From Deferrisomatales bacterium (GTDB lineage Bacteria > Desulfobacterota > Deferrisomatia > Deferrisomatales > JACRMM01): DNA of 64,000 nucleotides. Below, piece after piece: positions 56,481-64,000 of this stretch. Position 1 is the first letter of the stretch. Every line of letters starts with the position of its first letter. The translations under genes and the position numbers were made by a program. The stretch is taken from positions 24,273 to 88,272 of the forward strand of contig JAWSUI010000010.1 in NCBI GenBank assembly GCA_033551855.1. The letters are read 5' to 3'. The notes beneath the pieces are model-generated. The model was not told the DNA's origin. It did not search any database and saw nothing but the letters and a program-made list of their open reading frames with translations.

Positions 56481-58348
56481 CCACGCAACAGAGGACCGCC
56501 CTGGGGTGGGTGACCGGGGGGCTCGCCGTCACGCTCTCCCTCTTCCAGCTGTACACGGCCGGGATCGGCCTGCTCAGCGCCATGTTCCAGCGGGGCATCC
56601 ACCTGAGCCTTGCCATGGCGCTCGTCTTCCTCCTCTGGCCCTCGGGGGGGAGGAGGAAGAACCGGCTGGCTCTGGCGTGGGACGTCCTCCTGGCGCTCCT
56701 GAGCTTCGTCGTCGGCGGCTACATTCTGGTCTTCTACGACGACATCATCTGGCGCATCGGCGAGGCCACGTTCTGGGACATCGCCCTGGGCACCCTGGCC
56801 ACGGTCCTCGTCCTGGAGGCGACCCGGCGCACCACGGGCTGGGTCATGAGCTTCATCGCGCTGTGCTTCCTGGCCTACGCCTTCTTCGGGAGCTACATCC
56901 CGGGCGCCCTCTCCCACAAGGGGTACGGCCTCGAGCGGGTGATGACCCAGCTCTACCTCACCACCGAGGGCATCTACGGCACCCCGCTGGCCGTCGCCGC
57001 CACCTACGTCTTCATCTTCGTGCTCTTCGGGGCCTTCCTCGAGGTGACCGGGGCGGGCCAGTTCTTCATCGACCTGGCCTACGCCCTGACCGGCCGGTAC
57101 CGGGGCGGCCCGGCCAAGACCTCGGTCGTGGCCAGCGCCTTCCTGGGAAGCGTCTCCGGCTCGGCCATCGCCAACACGGTGGCCACGGGCAGCTTCACCA
57201 TCCCCCTCATGAAACGCCTGGGGTACGAGCCCCACGAGGCCGGGGGCATCGAGGCCGCCGCCTCCACCGGGGGGCAGATGATGCCCCCTATCATGGGGGC
57301 CGGGGCCTTCCTCATGGCGGAGTACACCGGGCTGCCCTACCTGGAGATCGTCAAGGTGGCGATCATCCCGGCCTTTCTCTACTTCTACACCGTGCTGCTC
57401 TTCGTCCATGTCTTGGCGGTGAAGAAGGGGCTGCAGGGCTCCGCCAAGGAGGACCTCCCCCCCCTGGGGCGCACCCTCCGGGACGGCATCCACTTCCTTC
57501 TCCCCTTCGGTGTGCTGCTCTACTTCCTCTTCGCCAACTACAGCCCGATGATGGTGGGGTTCGTCTCGGTCGTCTCGGTCTTCCTCGCCTCGTTCCTCCG
57601 ACGGGCCACTCGGGTCGGGTTGGCCAAGACCCTGAAGGCCCTGGAGACCGGCGCGAAGAACGCGATCAGCATCTCCATGGCCTGCGCCACCGCCGGCATC
57701 ATCGTGGGCGTGGTGGGGCTGACCGGCCTGGGGCTCAAGTTCAGCCACCTCGTGGTCAGCCTCTCGGGCGGGTACATCGTACCGGCGCTGGTGCTGATCC
57801 TCCTGGCCAGCCTCGTGCTCGGCATGGGCCTGCCGGTCACGGCCTCCTACATCGTACTGGTGATCCTGGCCGGGCCCGCGCTCCTCGACATGGGCGTGCC
57901 CCTGATCGTGGCCCACATGGTGGTCTTCTGGTACAGCCAGGACGCCAACGTGACCCCGCCGGTGGCACTGGCTGCCTTTGCCGGGGCCGGGGTAGCGGGG
58001 GCCAACGTCATGCGCACCAGCTTCGTCTCCTGGAAGCTCGCCAAGGGCCTCTACCTGATCCCCATCCTCATGGTCTACTCCCCGCTCCTCCTCAACGGCC
58101 CCGTGGACGAGGTGATCTTCGCGGTGGTTTCGTCCCTCCTCGCCCTCACCGGTTTCGTGGCCGCCCTGGAGGGGCACCTCTTCCGGCCGATGGGTTGGAT
58201 CGGCCGCGTCGCCGTGGTGGCGGGAGGGCTCCTGGTGTTCTGGCCCGGCCACGAGACCGACTGGCTCGGCCTCGCCGTGCTGGTCGGCGCCCTGGTGCCG
58301 CAGGTACTCCCGATCGGGCGCCGTCCAACCTTCTCCCGGGGCTCCTGA
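56477..58348 (+). CDS. TRAP transporter fused 4TM/12TM permease
   Basis: GGPAK, SGSAIAN, IEAAASTGGQMMPPIMGAGAF, LGMGLP and TPPVALAA motifs. TTG start with GGAGG RBS. Confidence 0.93.
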   Translation: MTTQQRTALGWVTGGLAVTLSLFQLYTAGIGLLSAMFQRGIHLSLAMALVFLLWPSGGRRKNRLALAWDVLLALLSFVVGGYILVFYDDIIWRIGEATFWDIALGTLATVLVLEATRRTTGWVMSFIALCFLAYAFFGSYIPGALSHKGYGLERVMTQLYLTTEGIYGTPLAVAATYVFIFVLFGAFLEVTGAGQFFIDLAYALTGRYRGGPAKTSVVASAFLGSVSGSAIANTVATGSFTIPLMKRLGYEPHEAGGIEAAASTGGQMMPPIMGAGAFLMAEYTGLPYLEIVKVAIIPAFLYFYTVLLFVHVLAVKKGLQGSAKEDLPPLGRTLRDGIHFLLPFGVLLYFLFANYSPMMVGFVSVVSVFLASFLRRATRVGLAKTLKALETGAKNAISISMACATAGIIVGVVGLTGLGLKFSHLVVSLSGGYIVPALVLILLASLVLGMGLPVTASYIVLVILAGPALLDMGVPLIVAHMVVFWYSQDANVTPPVALAAFAGAGVAGANVMRTSFVSWKLAKGLYLIPILMVYSPLLLNGPVDEVIFAVVSSLLALTGFVAALEGHLFRPMGWIGRVAVVAGGLLVFWPGHETDWLGLAVLVGALVPQVLPIGRRPTFSRGS

Positions 58349-58447
58349 GTCCGGGGGCCCGTTCCCGTCAGAGACGATGGGCCGCCCCGAGCGCACTTCC
58401 GCCGAGACCGGTCGCGGCCCGGATCAACGAGAGGAGGACGTGGGACC

Positions 58448-60214
58448 TTGAAGGGCTTTCACCGGCGGGTGCTGGTGGCCGACCTGGGGAGCCGGACCTG
58501 CTCCGTCGCCGGCGTGGGCGACGAGGTGCTGGCCCGGGCCCTGGGGGGCAAGGGGCTGGGGACGCACCTACTCACGAACCACTCCCTGGTGGGCGTCGAT
58601 CCGCTTTCCCCGGAGAACCCGCTGATCTTCGCGGCCGGGCCCGCCACCGACACGAAGATCCCGGGCTCCTGCCGCTACGGGGTCTTCACCAAGAGCCCCC
58701 AGACCGGCTTCTACTCGGAGAGCTACTCCGGGGGGAAGCTCGCGGAAAAGCTCTCCCGCACGGGGTTCGACGCGGTGGTGCTCACGGGGGCGGCGGACGG
58801 CCCGGTGTACCTGGAGGTGGGGGAGGACGGGGGCAGCGTCCACGGCGCCGAGGACCTCTGGGGCCTCGAGACCTACCCGTCCGAGGACGCGCTCCTCTCC
58901 CGGCACGGGGGGCCGAGCCGGGCGGGGGTCGCCGTCATCGGGCCGGCCGGGGAGAACCGGGTGCCGTTTGCCATCATCGCCAACGACTACTGGCGGTGCG
59001 CGGGGCGCACGGGGGCCGGTGCGGTGCTGGGCTCGAAGAACGTCAAGGGGGTGGTCTTCCACGGGGCCGCCCGCCGGCCGGTGGCTGACCCCGAGGCCAT
59101 CGAGGCGCTCTCGCGCCGCATGCTGGCGGAGAAGAAGGACCACCCCGCCACCCAGGCCTACCGCAACTTCGGCACCCCCATGATGGTGGCGCTCCTCAAC
59201 ACCGTCCAGGCGTTTCCCCACCGGTACTGGCGCCAGGGGCGCATGCCCGACTACGAGCGGATCTCGGCGGAGGCCATGGTCGCGCGGTGCGAGGTGCGCC
59301 CCAAGGCCTGCCCCCGGTGCTTCATGGCCTGCGGGAAGCTCACCACGGTGAAGGAGGGCCGCCACGCGGGGCTCAAGCTCGAGGGGCCCGAGTACGAGAC
59401 CCTCTACGCCCTGGGGGGGCTGTGCTGCATCGGCTCCGTCGAGGAGATCGTGCACCTGAACGACGTCTGCGACCGCCTGGGGATGGACACCATCAGCGCG
59501 GGGAACCTCGTGGCGTTTGCCATGGAGGCGTCGAACTTGGGGGCGATTCCCGAGAAGGTCGCCTACGGGGACGTGGCCGCCGCCGAGGGCCTCCTGGCCG
59601 ACATCGCCGCCCGGCGGGGCCTGGGCCAGGTGCTCTCCCGGGGCATCGCCCCGGCCTCCCGGGAGTGGAAGCTCGAGGACCTCGCCATCCACGTGAAGGG
59701 CCTGGAGCCCGCCGGGTACGATCCCCGGGTCCTCAAGGGGATGGGGCTGGCCTACGCAACCTCGGACCGGGGCGCGTGCCACCTGCGCTCCACCTTCTAC
59801 AAGCCCGAGCTCTCGGGGCAGATCGCCCCCGACGCGGTGGAGGGCAAGGCCGCGCTCTTCGTGGACTACGAGGACCGCCTGAACCTCTTCGACGGCCTGA
59901 TCCTGTGCCGGTTCTTCCGGGACTTCTACCCCTGGGAAGGGCTCGGGGAGGTGGTGCGCTTGACGACCGGCATGGACTTGGGGCAAGAAGGCCTCCGGGA
60001 TCTGGCGCGGAACATCGCCGACCAGGCCCGGCGTTTCAACCTGGCCGAGGGCCTGACGCCTGCGGACGACTGGCTCCCGAGCCGCTTCTTCGACGAGCCC
60101 CTGCCCGAGACCGGCGCCGTGCTCCACCGTGAGGAGCTGGAGCGGATGCGGCGGGAGTACTACGCCCTGCGGGGGTGGGACGGCCAGGGCCGCCCCGCCG
60201 GCGGGACCGACTGA
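58448..60214 (+). CDS. Aldehyde:ferredoxin oxidoreductase family (W/Mo-pterin)
   Basis: KSPQTG, IGPAGEN, GRTGAGAV.GSKNVK, CPRC..AC, GPEYET, GMDTIS and RGACHL motifs. Confidence 0.93.
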   Translation: MKGFHRRVLVADLGSRTCSVAGVGDEVLARALGGKGLGTHLLTNHSLVGVDPLSPENPLIFAAGPATDTKIPGSCRYGVFTKSPQTGFYSESYSGGKLAEKLSRTGFDAVVLTGAADGPVYLEVGEDGGSVHGAEDLWGLETYPSEDALLSRHGGPSRAGVAVIGPAGENRVPFAIIANDYWRCAGRTGAGAVLGSKNVKGVVFHGAARRPVADPEAIEALSRRMLAEKKDHPATQAYRNFGTPMMVALLNTVQAFPHRYWRQGRMPDYERISAEAMVARCEVRPKACPRCFMACGKLTTVKEGRHAGLKLEGPEYETLYALGGLCCIGSVEEIVHLNDVCDRLGMDTISAGNLVAFAMEASNLGAIPEKVAYGDVAAAEGLLADIAARRGLGQVLSRGIAPASREWKLEDLAIHVKGLEPAGYDPRVLKGMGLAYATSDRGACHLRSTFYKPELSGQIAPDAVEGKAALFVDYEDRLNLFDGLILCRFFRDFYPWEGLGEVVRLTTGMDLGQEGLRDLARNIADQARRFNLAEGLTPADDWLPSRFFDEPLPETGAVLHREELERMRREYYALRGWDGQGRPAGGTD

Positions 60215-60237
60215 GCCTCCCCATCGTGTGAGGGCCA

Positions 60238-61194
60238 ATGGAATCCAAGCTCCTCGACCTGCCGGCGGCCGCCGCCCTCGTGCCCAACGGAGCCTCAGTC
60301 TCCATCGGCGGCTTCACGAGCCAGCGCCACCCCACCGCGCTCCTGCGGCAGCTCGTGCGCCGCCGGGTCCGGGACCTCGCCGTCTACTGCCACTCGGCCG
60401 GGAGCGACGTGGACCTGCTCATCGGGGCCGGCTGCACGCGCCGGGTGGAGGGGGCCTACCTGGCCGACGGCGTCTTCTCGCCGATCGCCCCCAACTGGCG
60501 GCGCTTCGTTCAGGAGGGCCGCATCGCCTTCGAGGACTACTCCAACGCGGCCATGATGGCACGGTTCACCGCCGGCGCCATGGGCCTGCCGTTCTTCCCG
60601 ACCCGCTCCATGCTCGGCACCGACCTCCTGGAGAAGGAGGGTTTGACCCCCGACGCCCGGCGGGCAGACCCCGACGCGGCGCCCCGGAAGGCCGCGGTGA
60701 CCCGGTGCCCCTTCACCGGGGAGCCGGTGGTGCTCGTGCCGGCCCTGCGCACGGACCTCTGCCTGCTCCACGTCCAGAAGGCCAGCCCGCTGGGCCTCTT
60801 GCGAATCGAGGGTCAGGAGTTCCTGGACGTCCAGCAGGCCCTTGCGGCGCGCACGGTGATCGTCACCTGCGAGGAACTAGTGGACGACGAGGAGCTGCGC
60901 CGGGAGCCCGAGCGCAACCGCATCCCGCCCTTCGCCGTGCACGCCGTGGTCCACGTCCCCTTCGGCGCCCACCCCCACAGCGTGCACAACTGCTACGACT
61001 ACGACCCGGACCACCTGACGCTCTTCGCCCAGGCCGCCCGGTCCGACGACACCTTCGCAGAGTACCTGGAACGCTTCGTCTTTCGGCCGGCGGACCACGC
61101 GGCCTACCTCGAAGCCGTCGGGGGGGAGGCACGGCTCGACGCCCTGCGGGCGCGGTCGGGCCTCGGGTACAACCCGGAGCTCCGGAGAAGGTGA
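60238..61194 (+). CDS. CoA-transferase subunit A (glutaconate CoA-transferase-like)
   Basis: SIGGF, GAMGLPF.P, CPFTGE, LLHVQKA and PFGAHP motifs. Confidence 0.88.
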   Translation: MESKLLDLPAAAALVPNGASVSIGGFTSQRHPTALLRQLVRRRVRDLAVYCHSAGSDVDLLIGAGCTRRVEGAYLADGVFSPIAPNWRRFVQEGRIAFEDYSNAAMMARFTAGAMGLPFFPTRSMLGTDLLEKEGLTPDARRADPDAAPRKAAVTRCPFTGEPVVLVPALRTDLCLLHVQKASPLGLLRIEGQEFLDVQQALAARTVIVTCEELVDDEELRREPERNRIPPFAVHAVVHVPFGAHPHSVHNCYDYDPDHLTLFAQAARSDDTFAEYLERFVFRPADHAAYLEAVGGEARLDALRARSGLGYNPELRRR

Positions 61195-61205
61195 GGGGCG
61201 AGGCG

Positions 61206-61985
61206 ATGAGCGGGGATTTTTCGACCCTCGAGATCATGACGGTGGCCGCCGCCCGGGAGATCCGGGACCGGGAGGTCGTCTTCGCCGGCACCGGGCTGCC
61301 CATGCTCGGGGCCATGCTCGCCCAGCGCACCCACGCCCCCCGGTGCACCATCGTCTTCGAAGCCGGGGCGGTGGACCCCCAGATGCTCCACCTCCCCATG
61401 AGCGTGGGGGACTCCCGCACCCTGGTCGGCGCGGCCCAGGCCGCCGGCCTCCTGGACGCCTTCACTTACATCCTGCAGGGGGGCCGGGTGGACGTTGGCT
61501 TCCTGGGGGGTGCGGAGATCGACCGGTACGGCAACCTCAACTCCACGGCCCTCGGGGATTATCGCCTCCCCGCGGTGCGCTTCCCGGGAAGCGGCGGCTC
61601 CGCCGACGTGGCGGCCCTCTCGGGCCGCACCGTGGTCATCGCCCGTCACGAGCGCCGACGGTTCCCCGAACGGGTCCACTACCGCACCAGCCCCGGCTGG
61701 CTCGAGGGCGGCGACTCCCGGGAGCGGGCCGGGATCACCGGCGGCGGGCCGGCGGCCGTGGTCACGACCCTGGGGGTCGTTCGTTACCGTCCCGAGACCC
61801 GGGAACCCTACCTGGCCTCCTACCACCCGGGCACGACCCCGGAGGGGGTCCAGGCCGAGACCGCCTTTCCCCTCGACTGCTCCGACGCCTACGAGACCCC
61901 TCCCCCTACCCGGGAGGAGCTCGAGATCCTGCGCCGGGTCGTGGACCCCGAAGGGGTGTTTCTGCGGAGCCGGGAACGGGGGTAG
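61206..61985 (+). CDS. CoA-transferase subunit B (glutaconate CoA-transferase-like)
   Basis: VFAGTGLP, IVFEAG, GFLGGAEIDRYGNLNST and PGSGG motifs. Confidence 0.88.
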   Translation: MSGDFSTLEIMTVAAAREIRDREVVFAGTGLPMLGAMLAQRTHAPRCTIVFEAGAVDPQMLHLPMSVGDSRTLVGAAQAAGLLDAFTYILQGGRVDVGFLGGAEIDRYGNLNSTALGDYRLPAVRFPGSGGSADVAALSGRTVVIARHERRRFPERVHYRTSPGWLEGGDSRERAGITGGGPAAVVTTLGVVRYRPETREPYLASYHPGTTPEGVQAETAFPLDCSDAYETPPPTREELEILRRVVDPEGVFLRSRERG

Positions 61986-62159
61986 GGAAGGAGCCCTTCT
62001 CGCGAGGAGCTCCCGAACCGCCACCTCCGCAGCGCCTCCGTGCCCGTCGGCCTCGGTCCGCGAACATCCTTGCTCTTCCTCACCCGGACTGCCCTCGGGA
62101 GCAAGCAACCCGGACCCTGTCGGCCAGGACGACGCGGCGAGACTCGAGGGGGCGTGCGA

Positions 62160-62195
62160 GTGACCAACGACTTTCGGCGTCGAAGATCGGGCCAG
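62160..62195 (-). CRISPR. Isolated degenerate CRISPR repeat
   Basis: GTGACCAACGACTTTCGGCGTCGAAGATCGGGCCAG matches the array repeat at 30 of 36 positions, ungapped and in the same orientation. Confidence 0.8.
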
Positions 62196-62328
62196 GGCCC
62201 CCTTCCGGCTCTCGTCGGCCCGGCCCCGCACCCGATATACAGGGAACGGCGACTCCGGCGGGCCCCGCGGGACGGCGCACGGAGACCCCGCCGGGAAAGA
62301 CCGCGAGAAACGGCCCCTCGGAGCAGGC

Positions 62329-63693
62329 ATGCGAAACAAGGGTGACCCGCGAGACCCAACGGGAAGTCGGGAAGAACGGGGGCTTGCGCCGGGCACCCGG
62401 CCTGAACGAGCCCGCCGGAGTCCCGACCCCGGCACCGGGCGGGGAGCCCCTCCGGGTGCGCCCCCCCAGCCGGGCCCGCCCGCGGTTGCCTCCCGCACCC
62501 GTTGGGGCCTCGTGCTCCTCATCGTCGCCGTGGGCGTGTGCGCGGCGTTCCAGATCGGCAAGGTGCCCCCTGCCCTCACGGAGCTTCAGAGCAGCTTGGG
62601 CATCAGCCTCGTGGTGGGCGGCTGGGTGATCTCAACCTACAGCGCGGTGGGGTCCGTATGCGGCATCGCCATGGGGGCGGTCGGAGACCGCTTGGGCTAC
62701 CGCAGGACGTTGCTCTTCGGGGTCTCGTGCATCGGGGCGGGCAGCCTGCTCGGTAGCGCGGCGCCGGGGCCCGGCTGGCTCCTGGCGAGCCGCGCCCTCG
62801 AGGGTCTGGGCTTCATCCTGGTGGTCGTTTCCGCGCCGTCGCTCATCTTCCAGATCGTGCGGCCGTCGGATCTAGGGATCGCGTTCGGGCTGTGGAGCTG
62901 CTTCATGCCCGTGGGCACGTCGGCGATGATGCTGGCCTCGCCGGCGCTCCTGTCGCTCTTCGGGTGGCGCGGGGTTTGGGCGTGCAACGGCCTTCTCCTG
63001 CTCTCGGCAGGGGCCGCGTTCCACTACGCCACCCGAGGCCTACCGGGTCGGGGGGCGCTGCGTGCCGCGGCGCCCGGCAGGCTCTGGAGCAACGTGCGGG
63101 CGGTGGTCTCCTGCCCGGGTCCGGTGCTCCTCGCGGTCTCGTGGTCCATGTACACCACGACCTACATGGTCCTGATGGGGTTCCTGCCCACCCTGCTCAT
63201 GGCCGACGGCCACACGAGGGCCGCCGCCGCGGCCTTAACGGCCGCGGCGGTGGCGGTAAACGCGGCGGGCGCCCTGGGTGGCGGCTGGCTGCTGAAGCAC
63301 GGCGCCCCTCGCTGGGGTCTGATGGCCTTCAGCGGCGCCGTGAGCGGCCTGTGCATGGTGGGGATCTATAGTCCCGGGACCGCTCCTTGGCTGCGATACG
63401 GCCTGTGCGTCCTGTTTTCGGCAGTCGGCGGCCTCCAGCCGGCGGCCGTCCTCGGGGGAGCACCCCACTATGCCCCGACGCCCACCGCGGTCGCCACGAC
63501 CAACGGCTTCATCAACCAGTGCTCCTACGTCGGGATGGTGCTCGGCCCACCCGCCGCGGCGGCGCTCGCCTCGGCCAGCGGCGGGTGGCACAACACCCCG
63601 TGGATCCTTTCCTCGGGCGCAGCCATCTGGATCTCCTCCGCGCTCCTGCTCCGGCGGGTTGGCCCCGGGACGGACGCCACCCCCCGTCGATGA
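62329..63693 (+). CDS. MFS transporter (CynX/NimT-like)
   Basis: About 12 TMs; GAVGDRLGYRRTL motif A and LASRALEGLG. Start uncertain. Confidence 0.88.
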   Translation: MRNKGDPRDPTGSREERGLAPGTRPERARRSPDPGTGRGAPPGAPPQPGPPAVASRTRWGLVLLIVAVGVCAAFQIGKVPPALTELQSSLGISLVVGGWVISTYSAVGSVCGIAMGAVGDRLGYRRTLLFGVSCIGAGSLLGSAAPGPGWLLASRALEGLGFILVVVSAPSLIFQIVRPSDLGIAFGLWSCFMPVGTSAMMLASPALLSLFGWRGVWACNGLLLLSAGAAFHYATRGLPGRGALRAAAPGRLWSNVRAVVSCPGPVLLAVSWSMYTTTYMVLMGFLPTLLMADGHTRAAAAALTAAAVAVNAAGALGGGWLLKHGAPRWGLMAFSGAVSGLCMVGIYSPGTAPWLRYGLCVLFSAVGGLQPAAVLGGAPHYAPTPTAVATTNGFINQCSYVGMVLGPPAAAALASASGGWHNTPWILSSGAAIWISSALLLRRVGPGTDATPRR

Positions 63694-63696
63694 ACG

Positions 63697-63723
63697 GCCG
63701 GAAGCGAAGCCTGCCGGCGTTTT
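63697..63723 (+). terminator. Probable intrinsic terminator of the MFS gene
   Basis: GCCGG..AG-CGAAG-C..CCGGC stem followed by a T-run. Confidence 0.45.
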
Positions 63724-63729
63724 GGGGAA

Positions 63730-63907
63730 GTGCTCAACGCCTTTCGGCATCGAAGATCGTGTCAGTAGGGGGCCTGCCCTGCACCCAACGGGATAGGGAT
63801 GTGCTCAACGCCTTTCGGCATCGAAGATCGTGTCAGGGCGTCCGCAGGGGCAGGAGGGCGTTGACCGCGAGGTGCTCAACGCCTTTCGGCATCGAAGATC
63901 GTGTCAG
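63730..63907 (-). CRISPR. CRISPR mini-array: 3 identical 36-bp repeats and 2 spacers of 35 bp
   Basis: GTGCTCAACGCCTTTCGGCATCGAAGATCGTGTCAG at 63730, 63801 and 63872. The strand is inferred from the ...GGCGTTGAGCAC 3' end of related type I-B repeats. No cas genes in the window. Confidence 0.93.
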
Positions 63908-64000
63908 AGACAGAATGACCCAGTCCACGGAAACCCAAGAAAGTGCCAGCAATTCCCGGACCCCTCGGAAATGGCTCAAACACGCGCATCTGGCAGGGAC

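Noticed and set aside
63943..63978. Possible fourth array repeat starting GTGC 35 nt after repeat 3
   Set aside because: Only the first 4 bases match; treated as leader or flank.
1..64000. tRNA, rRNA, integrase, transposase or cas genes
   Set aside because: None recognised in the window.

Overview
Very GC-rich, densely coding chromosomal window from an anaerobic bacterium. The gene content suggests a deltaproteobacteria-like (Desulfobacterota/Deferrisoma-like) organism; this taxonomy is an inference. About 60 CDSs are supported: housekeeping genes (EF-P-like, dapA/dapB/folK, queC/queE, purE, holC, msrB), transporters (Zn/Mn ABC, CDF, SLC12/CCC-type, Gld-like ABC, MscS, TAXI-TRAP, MFS) and anaerobic energy modules (FNOR-CooF-CooS CO dehydrogenase, Etf plus a membrane Fe-S oxidoreductase, AOR plus a CoA-transferase). 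Highlights: (1) a mercury-methylation pair hgcA-hgcB in an apparent arsR - permease - hgcA - hgcB operon, with an SmtB/ArsR-type operator and an HgcA N-terminal arm carrying three Cys-Cys pairs; (2) four near-identical 209-bp non-autonomous MITEs with terminal inverted repeats and 8-bp target-site duplications (three exact, one 7/8), plus an older relative; (3) a second, degenerate dispersed repeat that sits just upstream of four unrelated + strand genes; (4) a 3-repeat CRISPR mini-array without cas genes in the window, whose degenerate fourth repeat lies 1.5 kb away on the far side of an intact MFS gene; (5) two gene relics: a deletion scar that fuses the ends of an Ehr/Hyf-like membrane complex operon, and a radical SAM/SPASM fragment. 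Product calls come from motif recognition by eye, not database searches.
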